This document shows, piece by piece, positions 55,647-64,000 of a DNA stretch of 64,000 nt. Origin of the DNA: a virus. Lineage: Duplodnaviria > Heunggongvirae > Uroviricota > Caudoviricetes. The notes under the pieces are model-generated. The model had not been told where the DNA came from and ran no database searches. It saw nothing but the letters and a program-made list of their open reading frames with translations. Numbering within the stretch: the first letter of the stretch is position 1; every line of letters starts with the position of its first letter. The stretch covers positions 5,683 through 69,682 of IMG/VR virus record IMGVR_UViG_3300007735_000926; one strand, written 5' to 3'. The position numbers and the translations under genes are program-made.

Positions 55647-56852
55647 TCATTCGTTCCAATATTTCATGAATCTGCGAGATGGATCACCGAATGGTGTATT
55701 GATCGATTCGAGAAATGCTCCGATATTTTCGGGTCTTTCTAAGAATCTACTTTCACCAACTTTTCTCAATTTTTTTGATAAATTATGATACCTATCACGA
55801 TTTTTGTAATTCAACATATATTCCACTTTGTATGCCAAATCTTCAGAATTGTTAAATTTCATAAAATCTGGAGCATCTTCATAAGTTACCAAATCTTGAC
55901 ACATACACGGAATACCCAATACAGCAGCTTCGATATATTTAATATCAGACTTGGATTTGTTGAAATTATTATCCATCAAAGGTGCGAGCGTAAGTTGCAC
56001 GTTCAATTCGGAGATGAATTTCGGATAATTTGTCAATGTCTGCCAAGGATGAAATTCGATTTCTCTATTTTGAACGTATTGATGCAATTGAGGAGGGTAT
56101 GCTCCGATAAAAATGAATTGATACTTGTATCTATTATCAATAATAAATTTTAAAACATGGGAAAAGTCATCTTGGCGACCATTTTTAACATCAAAGTGTG
56201 CGCCCGAACCAGAATATAAAATTCTTGGCTTTTTACGATTTTTATCATAATTTTTATTGATTTTGAAAGCATCGTAATAATGACCGATCCACCATTCAGG
56301 TGGGAAATTGGGCACCACTGAAACATTCGGTTTGCCAATTTTTTCGATGAACAAATCACGCATAAATTTGCATGTCACTGTCACTTCATCAGCCATTCGC
56401 ATCATGTCCACACAATTTTGACGAATCTCATCATTATTGAATGCTTGCTTCCCGTTGTTATAATCGGGAATTTCCTCATAAAATACTACATCATCAACTT
56501 CATAAATGATCTTGAATCCCATCTCAGGTTGAATACTCTTGAGGTATTCAAAATATTGTTTTTGTTGTGTGGATGCTTGTCGCTGCAATTTGACAGTTTT
56601 AACATCCTTGAACCAATGTTTGTCAAATATCATCTTGGTCATTGATGTTGAATCTCCAAGATTATTCATATTGATATGAAACTCAGGCCATCCAACGCGC
56701 CATTGTCCACATCCTTGACGATCAGCAACAAAATTTAAATAAACATTACTTGGACGTTCTTCTTGCTTTGGGACATTTTGAACCTGAAAAGGATTCGTGG
56801 GAAAAGGAGAAGCGAATGGCCGATTACTATACATAATACAGTAATTAGCCAT
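55647..56852 (-). CDS. glycosyltransferase (GT-B, GT4-like)
   Basis: GCGQWRV, LQRQ, IYEVDD, ADEVTVT, VVPN, GSGAH, APL.DNNFNKSKSDIKYIE. Confidence 0.85.
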   Translation of the reverse strand: MANYCIMYSNRPFASPFPTNPFQVQNVPKQEERPSNVYLNFVADRQGCGQWRVGWPEFHINMNNLGDSTSMTKMIFDKHWFKDVKTVKLQRQASTQQKQYFEYLKSIQPEMGFKIIYEVDDVVFYEEIPDYNNGKQAFNNDEIRQNCVDMMRMADEVTVTCKFMRDLFIEKIGKPNVSVVPNFPPEWWIGHYYDAFKINKNYDKNRKKPRILYSGSGAHFDVKNGRQDDFSHVLKFIIDNRYKYQFIFIGAYPPQLHQYVQNREIEFHPWQTLTNYPKFISELNVQLTLAPLMDNNFNKSKSDIKYIEAAVLGIPCMCQDLVTYEDAPDFMKFNNSEDLAYKVEYMLNYKNRDRYHNLSKKLRKVGESRFLERPENIGAFLESINTPFGDPSRRFMKYWNE

Positions 56853-56865
56853 TCGCCATTATTTG

Positions 56866-58656
56866 TCAATGAGCTATTCTCCTAGTTACACCCATCTCTT
56901 TTTCAAGGAAGATTATCTCACCTGTAACATGTTTCTCCATTTCTTTACGATGTGAGATAGCATAAACAGATAAAGAATTTTTATCGATTCGCTGTTTCAT
57001 GAGTTCAACCAAGAGGTCAAAACCACGCTCATCAAAAGCCGAATCAAACACCTCATCAATCCATTCGACATTGGATGAAATACCTGAAATCTTTCTCTTC
57101 AGATCCTTGAATGCCCATGAACATGCGAGGTCAACTGTTCTACGTTCTCCACCGCTCAAGTTCCAATAAGAAATCTCTTTCCCTTTATCATTGGAAAGTT
57201 GTTCATCGAAGTATTCATCAAATTTACAACGAATTGTCATACCAAGATCATTGATGTATTGTTGGATACTCGCGTTCATCATGGAGAGAAGTCTCTTCAC
57301 CACGAAGCTACGAACACCTTCTTCTCCAAGAACAAATTTACAGATTTCATAGTCATCTGATTTCTGTTTAAGCATTCGAAAATTATCATTCTCAGCATTT
57401 TGTCTCACCTGAGTATTCTGAATACTTTCTTCAAAATTTGGTTTAGGTAATTCATCCAACTTCAAATTGTCCAGAGACTCCTTGTATTGCTTGAGACTGT
57501 TTTCCAATCCTTCCAATTTCTGCTTAGTGACTTTCGCTTCATTGATTTGATCCTGAAATTCCGTCACTTTAGCTTGAATTTTAGATTTCTTAGAAAGAAA
57601 TTGTTCTTTTTCTTCAAAAAGACTACTTATTTCTTTTAAAATATCATCCAATTCGGATTGATATTGTTCCTTCATTTTTTCAAGATGCTCCACATGGGTA
57701 TGAGGAATTTCCTGTAAGCATTTGTCACACTGAATACCATCTTCAACAGAGGAGAATTTATCGATTTCCTTTACCTTTATTTTTCGTAAAGTTTCTTTGG
57801 AAGAGATTCGGCTATTCACATCTCCGATCTTCCCATCCAACTTTTCCCAAGCAGCTTCGTATTTTTCTTTTTCCAATTGTATTGTAGAAACATCCGTAAT
57901 GGATATATTAGCAATCTTTTCAGACGTTTCATCAATTTTCTGCTGGATTTCCTTACGTTTTTCTTCAAGGATTGCTTCCCGCTCTCGAACTTTCTTTTGA
58001 TAATCTTCTTGCTGCTTATTCAGCGTTTCCAAAGTGTTGTTGATTTCTTCCAACTTGGCAGAAGAGATATTCATATCAGATTTGTTCTCACGAATCAGAT
58101 TCTTCAGTTCGTTGCTCATCTTACCAAAGACTTCCAGAGAGAAAATATCATTGATGAATTTACGTTTCTCTTCGGGTTTCTTGGCCATGAATGGGACATT
58201 ATCAGACAATGATAAAATATCACAGCTACGACAAATCACAGGATTTGAACCAATCAGATCACAGATGAATTTATCAGTGTTCGCAATAGAATCCTTGGTG
58301 ATGTCTTCTTCGCCTCTCAGGAGCGTCACAGAGCTTGGTTTGAGTTGTCGCTTGATCGTGTATGTCTGAGTGTCATTGTCTGTCTCTATGTCGAACGTAA
58401 GCTCAATGGCACCCTTCCCTTTGGTAATGTTGTTGATGATGAACTCTTTCTTGATATCGCGAATGGTTTTACCAAACAAAGCATAGTAGAAAAGTTCTGC
58501 AATACAGCTTTTTCCGATGCCGTTGACGCGATCAGGATTATCCAAATTCTTTCCAGTGATCAGGTTGAAACCAGATTGGAAATCGATTACAATCTGATCG
58601 TTTCCGATACTGAGGAAATTCTGACCTGATAATTGTTTATATAGTATTTTTTTCAT
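56866..58656 (-). CDS. gp46: recombination endonuclease ATPase subunit (gp46/SbcC/Rad50)
   Basis: NFLSIG, NGIGKS, zinc hook CDKC, LSGGE, IDEVFD, ISH. Confidence 0.95.
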   Translation of the reverse strand: MKKILYKQLSGQNFLSIGNDQIVIDFQSGFNLITGKNLDNPDRVNGIGKSCIAELFYYALFGKTIRDIKKEFIINNITKGKGAIELTFDIETDNDTQTYTIKRQLKPSSVTLLRGEEDITKDSIANTDKFICDLIGSNPVICRSCDILSLSDNVPFMAKKPEEKRKFINDIFSLEVFGKMSNELKNLIRENKSDMNISSAKLEEINNTLETLNKQQEDYQKKVREREAILEEKRKEIQQKIDETSEKIANISITDVSTIQLEKEKYEAAWEKLDGKIGDVNSRISSKETLRKIKVKEIDKFSSVEDGIQCDKCLQEIPHTHVEHLEKMKEQYQSELDDILKEISSLFEEKEQFLSKKSKIQAKVTEFQDQINEAKVTKQKLEGLENSLKQYKESLDNLKLDELPKPNFEESIQNTQVRQNAENDNFRMLKQKSDDYEICKFVLGEEGVRSFVVKRLLSMMNASIQQYINDLGMTIRCKFDEYFDEQLSNDKGKEISYWNLSGGERRTVDLACSWAFKDLKRKISGISSNVEWIDEVFDSAFDERGFDLLVELMKQRIDKNSLSVYAISHRKEMEKHVTGEIIFLEKEMGVTRRIAH

Positions 58657-59672
58657 TTACACTTTTCGTATAACTCATCATTAATTTTTTTCACTCTTTC
58701 AAATTGATCATCATCCAGTTTGAGTTGTTCGTAGAACTCGTCAAACATTCCCATGATATCAATTGAATCGACTTGTTCAACATCTCCGATTGTCTTGGTT
58801 GCCACATTGTATTCCGTTGTGAGACGGAAAGGAGCGAAGTTAGACAGATAGATTTTGAACTTCTCAACCTTATCATCTTCAATATCTTTGTCAATGATCA
58901 GCTTGATGATGTTTCCCCCGACATTCTCTTTGGAATAGTCCTTAATTTTCGATAAAGGAATTTTAATAAATTCAGGAGACACCGTATTTTTCACGAATTC
59001 CACAGAATCATCTTCCAAATTCAAAATATGATAACCCTTGTCATCCCCACAATCATTAAAATCGTGATGAAAAGTGTTACCAACGTATCGAATCGTTCCT
59101 TCATTGTATTTCTTGATACTCTTAGTGTGAAAGTGACCAGACCAAACATTAGTGGTTCGGGATGCTAGGAAATCCATCACTTGGAATCCATGATCACAAA
59201 CCTTATAATTATTCATTTGGAATGTTTGAATTTCAAAGTGTCCAAAAATGTGGTCGAATTTACCATCTGGTAATTCATGATTCCAAGGAACAAAGAGCAA
59301 TTTCTTACCGAATGCTTCAAATTCCAAATTCTGATCAATGATAGTAATATTATCGTGACCCTTGAGGAATCCCAAGCTGTGAACGTCGGCTCGATTCTTG
59401 TAGTAAGCATCATGATTACCAATCACCATGAACATATTGAAGTTCTTGAACTTGGTAATTAATTCAGATGCTACGTGAATTGTCTGAACAGAAATCTCTG
59501 AACGATTATGGAAGAAGTCACCAAGGAAAAAAATGTCAGTGATTTTTTTCTTTTTCAAATCAGATACGATCCAATCGGCCCACTTTAGAGCAATTTCATG
59601 CCACTCTGTCGAATTTCCATAAAGACCTAAATGTAGGTCAGAAAATATTGCCACTTTTGGTTTCTTAATCAT
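58653..59672 (-). CDS. gp47: recombination endonuclease nuclease subunit (gp47/SbcD/Mre11)
   Basis: SDLHLG, LGDFFH, GNHD, GHFE, SGHFH. Confidence 0.95.
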   Translation of the reverse strand: MIKKPKVAIFSDLHLGLYGNSTEWHEIALKWADWIVSDLKKKKITDIFFLGDFFHNRSEISVQTIHVASELITKFKNFNMFMVIGNHDAYYKNRADVHSLGFLKGHDNITIIDQNLEFEAFGKKLLFVPWNHELPDGKFDHIFGHFEIQTFQMNNYKVCDHGFQVMDFLASRTTNVWSGHFHTKSIKKYNEGTIRYVGNTFHHDFNDCGDDKGYHILNLEDDSVEFVKNTVSPEFIKIPLSKIKDYSKENVGGNIIKLIIDKDIEDDKVEKFKIYLSNFAPFRLTTEYNVATKTIGDVEQVDSIDIMGMFDEFYEQLKLDDDQFERVKKINDELYEKCK

Positions 59673-60105
59673 TATCGTCGTATTCATCTCCTTCCATTAT
59701 TGGTTTAACATACACATGACCCATTGCATCAGGGCCAGACATATTCTCCATATATACCATCTCTTTATATTCATTCAACCCTTCATGCTGACCTTTTTCC
59801 TTATTGATTCGGTTTGTGAAAGCATTCCATGCAATACGGTTGAAATAAGAAAATGGGTTGAATTCAGATTCAATTTTGTAAAGCTTTTTTTCCAAAGCAT
59901 GATACATTTTAACAATTGCATCACCTACCATTTCTTCTTTCCAACTTTTTGAGTATCGAATAAAACGATGGTTATATGATAATCCTTCAGCAATTTTCAG
60001 AATATTCATTGCCAATTGATTATTCATATTGTCAGATTTATAATATTCTGTTAATTGTTCTCGAAACTCCTTGGAGTTCACATAATATTCGTTTTTATTA
60101 CTCAT
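59665..60105 (-). CDS. gp55: late-transcription sigma factor (T4 gp55-like)
   Basis: YYVNSKEF, IAEGLS...F..Y, EMVGDA, NPFSYFNRIAWNAF..RI.KEK. Confidence 0.9.
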   Translation of the reverse strand: MSNKNEYYVNSKEFREQLTEYYKSDNMNNQLAMNILKIAEGLSYNHRFIRYSKSWKEEMVGDAIVKMYHALEKKLYKIESEFNPFSYFNRIAWNAFTNRINKEKGQHEGLNEYKEMVYMENMSGPDAMGHVYVKPIMEGDEYDDND

Positions 60106-61514
60106 ATGTTAATCGTTCTTTCGGTCCACTGGATGTCTTCTTCATCATAAATTTGTTGCCTGTATAGAGCATGTGATGATGAATATTTGGTATTATCAAT
60201 GATGTCAAATATCCTCAATTTGTCTTTATTCTCATGCAGTCGAAGTCCTCTACCAATCGATTGAACAACACGGATAAAGCTCTTACCCAACCCAACAAAC
60301 ATGATATTCGGAAGATTTTTAATATTGATACCTGTGGAAAAGATAGATGACATCGCAATACAGATAATATTATCATTCTTTTCCATCATGTCAATTATTT
60401 TTTGCCTTTCTTCAACTTCCATTTCCCCTTTGACAAAATATACAGATCTATCCAATCTATTAGACATAACAGATAGTAGAGAATCGCCATGGTCCAAATG
60501 ATTAACCATGATAAGAACATTCCCATTAATTTTGTCAGCCAATTTGTAAATAAAATTATTACGCTTTTCATTATTGTATAAATATTCCAGTTCTTGCTTG
60601 TAATTCAATTTATATGTTTTTGGATGATTCAATCTCAAAACATTGATGGATACATTAGATAGGAAATTTTCATCTCTCAATTCTTTGGATTTCTTTTCAT
60701 AAATAACAGGACCGAAAGTGCCGATTGTCTTCCATTGGTCCAATAATTTATCTGATAATGTTCCAGTGAATCCAAATTTATTTGGAGTCTTGACTTTATT
60801 GATGATTTTTGACAAGTTGGCATCGCTGTTCACACCATGACATTCATCAACTATTAATAAATCCACATCAAATATCCATGGATTATCGATAAATTTGGCT
60901 GCTAAATTTTGAGTATTGCAAATCACAACTTGAGTTTCTTGCAGGGGATTATCACCAGACCATCCCGAATAAGTGAATGTGGCTTGATATTCTAAAAAAT
61001 CATTCTGTAATTGATTTACCAGCGATAATCCGGGAACTATAATCAGACACTTGAAAGCATCATTTGATACTTTTCTCATATAATTTTCCACCAGTAGTGC
61101 CTGTGTTAATGATTTACCTGCACCTGTAGCCAACAAAAAAATACCATACCCCTTTTCCAAACCAGCAATGATCGAATCTTTCTGATAATAACGAGCATCA
61201 TATTTAAGATTATCTTCAAAATCGAATTTACCGATACCACATTTTAATCTATTTCTAAATTCATCCGTAAATGTGATGTCAGTAATTTGATTATCTCTTA
61301 GATACTTTAGAATTTCACCATAAAAGCCGAAATCAAATAAACCAGTAGGCGTAATCGCATACTTACGATCTTTTACAAATCTTTTACCTTTCTTTTTGGC
61401 GAAAAATGCACCATCGTTCTTAACAGAAAAATGATTACGGATCATTCCGATGGTATCAGAATCCGTAATCAATTGCGCTTGTCGTTTGGTTGGTTTGTAA
61501 TCAAATGTTATCAT
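60102..61514 (-). CDS. uvsW: SF2 DNA/RNA helicase (UvsW-like)
   Basis: RYYQ, ATGAGKS, VDECH, GFTGT, FSTGINI, QSIGRGLR; start reset to 61514. Confidence 0.93.
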   Translation of the reverse strand: MITFDYKPTKRQAQLITDSDTIGMIRNHFSVKNDGAFFAKKKGKRFVKDRKYAITPTGLFDFGFYGEILKYLRDNQITDITFTDEFRNRLKCGIGKFDFEDNLKYDARYYQKDSIIAGLEKGYGIFLLATGAGKSLTQALLVENYMRKVSNDAFKCLIIVPGLSLVNQLQNDFLEYQATFTYSGWSGDNPLQETQVVICNTQNLAAKFIDNPWIFDVDLLIVDECHGVNSDANLSKIINKVKTPNKFGFTGTLSDKLLDQWKTIGTFGPVIYEKKSKELRDENFLSNVSINVLRLNHPKTYKLNYKQELEYLYNNEKRNNFIYKLADKINGNVLIMVNHLDHGDSLLSVMSNRLDRSVYFVKGEMEVEERQKIIDMMEKNDNIICIAMSSIFSTGINIKNLPNIMFVGLGKSFIRVVQSIGRGLRLHENKDKLRIFDIIDNTKYSSSHALYRQQIYDEEDIQWTERTINI

Positions 61515-61717
61515 GCACCATACATATCTTGTATCCAATCCCAAATATCATTATCTGCTTCAAACTTACCATAATTTTCCAATTTTTCAAGAACTTCTGT
61601 CATCATATTAGGATTAATATAATCGAATTTCACTTTTTCGTGTTCCATTTTCATGCGATAAACACGTAAAATATTTTCATAGAAAGATTCTTCCGGGTTT
61701 AATTCATATTTATCCAT
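61511..61717 (-). CDS. small hypothetical protein
   Basis: 68 aa; ATGA overlap with uvsW. Confidence 0.6.
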   Translation of the reverse strand: MDKYELNPEESFYENILRVYRMKMEHEKVKFDYINPNMMTEVLEKLENYGKFEADNDIWDWIQDMYGA

Positions 61718-61720
61718 GAT

Positions 61721-62119
61721 TCAATGTTCTTCCAATTTTTTCAGTTCCAAGATATTTTTAATATCATTTCCAATGAATGTGATTTGACTTACCAACTTTT
61801 CCAAATATTCAATCAAATACTCTTGTTCTTTAATTTTTTGATTGATGCTCTCCAAAGTTGGAGTTTTATCTAAATCATCCAAAACCTGTTTATTGAGAGT
61901 CACCGGAGATTCTTCCATGAGCTTCTTTTGAAGAGTGTGTTTGGTAGATGCTTTGGATTTGTATAGTCTATCTTTCTCGATTTTAGCATCGATTAAACGA
62001 CATACCCAGAAGTGTTTTTCAGCAGGAACACGCTTGGTTCTGTCTTCGAGTGTGAAATCATCGATTTTACAAAATTCTTCGTATTGCTGTTGGTATTTTT
62101 TGATTGTTTCGTAGCTCAT
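61721..62119 (-). CDS. uvsY: recombination mediator (UvsY-like)
   Basis: 132 aa helical; KIDDFTL, YLEK......GNDIKNILELKKL; adjacent to uvsW. Confidence 0.75.
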   Translation of the reverse strand: MSYETIKKYQQQYEEFCKIDDFTLEDRTKRVPAEKHFWVCRLIDAKIEKDRLYKSKASTKHTLQKKLMEESPVTLNKQVLDDLDKTPTLESINQKIKEQEYLIEYLEKLVSQITFIGNDIKNILELKKLEEH

Positions 62120-62162
62120 AATTTCTCCAACTCCTATTAATAGAAGTATGATAAATAGTAAT

Positions 62163-62402
62163 ATGCAAATGTCAAGCGGAAAAGATCAAGAAAATATTGC
62201 CAATATTTATCAAACCATGTTGAATGAAGATATGACTGCTGGTGGAGTTTACGGTGGTGACATTGCTGGGCATGCGGGAATTGAAAATAAAGATTGGTTT
62301 GCGCCGGGAGATGCGAGAAACCCATATGGGTTAGGTGTTACCACAAGAAAGGGTAGATTGAAAACTGGAAAGCGTAAACGCAGAAAAATCAAAAGGAATT
62401 GA
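62163..62402 (+). CDS. small late protein with basic tail, candidate head-internal protein
   Basis: KDQENIANIYQTMLNE; WFAPGDARNP; TAAATA-N5-ATG at 62163. Confidence 0.7.
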   Translation: MQMSSGKDQENIANIYQTMLNEDMTAGGVYGGDIAGHAGIENKDWFAPGDARNPYGLGVTTRKGRLKTGKRKRRKIKRN

Positions 62403-62726
62403 TCGATTTTCGATTTTTCAAACGATCGTTTCAATTTTTCCCGCTTTTAAATTTAACTAAATTTACCAATATATATTTATTATCTATTCCCACCCCCCTC
62501 CCATTAATTATACTCACCATATTCATTTGTCAATAGTCATTCTATTATTTTAATTAATTATCTTATCATTAGATATAGATTATATATTAACTATGATTAA
62601 AGATAACTAAAGAAAGAAACAAAAGAAAAAAAATTAATTAAAATCAATCAGCTTATCATTGGATATTGATTATGATTAATATGATAATAAATACTAATAA
62701 TCATAATCAATTATAATTAAATATAA
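62403..62726. other. largest intergenic region, very AT-rich with a C/G tract and leftward promoter (candidate origin)
   Basis: CCCACCCCCCTCCC at 62489-62502; TTGACA-N15-TATAAT on the minus strand at 62507-62533. Confidence 0.4.
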
Positions 62727-63191
62727 ATGCAAAAATCCGAAAGTCAACCCCAAAACACATGGAAAAATTTCCCAACTGATACTGAAGGTGTCATAGGATT
62801 CGTTTACCTCATTCGCAATAATCACCCAGATTCAAAGAAAAAATATTATATCGGGCAAAAGAAGCTGCTCAAGAAAGTAAAACGGAAACCATTGAAAGGT
62901 AAGACACGCAATAGAATTTCTTATGTGGATAACGATGTTGAGAAGTATTGGGGATCATCCAAAGAATTGCTTGCCGACATTGAAAAATATGGTATTGAGC
63001 ATTTCTCAAGAGAAGTGATAGAGGTATGCAACTCAAAGTTCCATATGACATATTCGGAGTTGATTTGGCAAATTAAATGCAACGCTTTGATGGATCAACG
63101 ATATTACAATGGTATTTTGTCATGTAGAATCTCACGCATTCCAAAGGATTACATAGATGTTGATAGGAATATAGATACTCTAAATTTATGA
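62727..63191 (+). CDS. GIY-YIG-family nuclease-like protein
   Basis: GFVYLI...KYYIGQK, YWGSS, FSREVI, YYNG. Confidence 0.8.
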   Translation: MQKSESQPQNTWKNFPTDTEGVIGFVYLIRNNHPDSKKKYYIGQKKLLKKVKRKPLKGKTRNRISYVDNDVEKYWGSSKELLADIEKYGIEHFSREVIEVCNSKFHMTYSELIWQIKCNALMDQRYYNGILSCRISRIPKDYIDVDRNIDTLNL

Positions 63192-63998
63192 ATATAAATT
63201 TTTCACATCTTGAAGAAAACCCCTCTTTCTAACCAATTGATAAATTTTATGTTGGACAAAATCAGTATAAGTAAAAAAATTTTCTTTCACATATTTAAGA
63301 ATTTCCGATTTATCCATATAAATATAATCACGTTTTTTTATCGGGTCTAACACATGAAGTAGTTTATTTCGTAATAGATATTGCCATATCTTATTATATT
63401 TTGTTTTAACTTCTGAATAACGGTTACAATGATTTACAATATACTCAATATCTACTTGAGAATATGATTTCTCCAATAAGTCATCAGCTATAATCTCAAT
63501 TTCTTTTATATCACTTTCATTTTTTATGTCTAATATATGCTTGTTAATTTCATCCAGATGGGCAATTATCTGTTTTTTAATTCCTTCGATAGAATTTGAT
63601 ATGGTGTTGTATGCATTGAGATGTGGTTCTTTTACAACAATGAGATATATACCAAGTTTTTCACATTCTAATGCTTTGAGTTTGTCATCATCACTACGAT
63701 GTTCATGCCAAAAGAAACTATTGTATTCACATGCGATTTTTTGTAATGGGAATAAAATATCTAATTCTTTACCATCTAAAGTAGATCGGTCATTGTAAAC
63801 ACATGATGTTCCAATAATAGATTCTAATATTTTCTTACAAATGAGTTGTTGTGTTGAGTATTTTTGAGGTATGATTTTATCAAACGCTTCTTTATAATGA
63901 TGTTTAGCATAATAATGTAATTTAGGATATTTTAATTTGAAGTCTGATTTTGATCTAATGTTTGGTATTACACTATCTATTTCATTTCTTTTTTGAAT
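63186..63998 (-). CDS. 5'-truncated PD-(D/E)XK / Vsr-like putative homing endonuclease
   Basis: Frame is open from the window end to 63186 (the track shows only the last 96 aa); NDRSTLDGKELDILFPLQKIACEYNSFFWH. Confidence 0.7.
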   Translation of the reverse strand: MQKRNEIDSVIPNIRSKSDFKLKYPKLHYYAKHHYKEAFDKIIPQKYSTQQLICKKILESIIGTSCVYNDRSTLDGKELDILFPLQKIACEYNSFFWHEHRSDDDKLKALECEKLGIYLIVVKEPHLNAYNTISNSIEGIKKQIIAHLDEINKHILDIKNESDIKEIEIIADDLLEKSYSQVDIEYIVNHCNRYSEVKTKYNKIWQYLLRNKLLHVLDPIKKRDYIYMDKSEILKYVKENFFTYTDFVQHKIYQLVRKRGFLQDVKNLYS

Positions 63999-64000
63999 TG

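Noticed and set aside
37602-61544. Longer N-termini given by the ORF track for primase, DHH protein, gp47, UvsW and others
   Set aside because: The extensions overlap upstream genes; downstream ATGs fit coupling overlaps or promoter spacing better.
1-64000. Active TAG or TGA stop-codon reassignment
   Set aside because: Core genes are full length in the standard code and TGA terminates many genes, often in ATGA overlaps; only the absence of TAG is reported.
1-64000. tRNA or rRNA genes
   Set aside because: Intergenic gaps are short and none showed cloverleaf or T-loop signatures by eye; a tRNAscan-SE run would confirm.

Overview
A 64 kb segment of a large, AT-rich, T4-like myophage genome (distant from T4 itself), with about 81 genes and no tRNA, rRNA or CRISPR array seen. 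Left half: candidate head-internal proteins, clamp loader, an RmlA plus epimerase/reductase sugar pair, tail tube, sheath, terminase and neck genes, a repeat fibre followed by a glycosyltransferase/sulfotransferase cassette, and a baseplate/fibre operon ending in a mucin-like protein and a GT2. Right half: the replication/recombination block (primase, clamp, SSB, helicase, UvsX, PolB, gp46/47, gp55 sigma, UvsW, UvsY), interspersed with homing-type endonucleases, a Mom-like DNA modifier and further glycosyltransferases. Most notable signals: (1) a late-promoter box TAA(A/G)TA exactly 5 nt before the start codon of 21 genes, implying a largely leaderless late transcriptome; (2) a probable phage-encoded virion glycosylation/sulfation system with a possible L-S-[A/S/G] acceptor motif; (3) no TAG stop in any of the 81 called genes; (4) a family of proteins with capsid-targeting-like N-termini; (5) a DarG-like macrodomain insert; (6) a catalytically degenerate DHH protein next to the helicase; (7) a candidate pseudoknotted RNA and a candidate R-loop origin. 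All calls come from reading motifs and synteny by eye; no database search was run.
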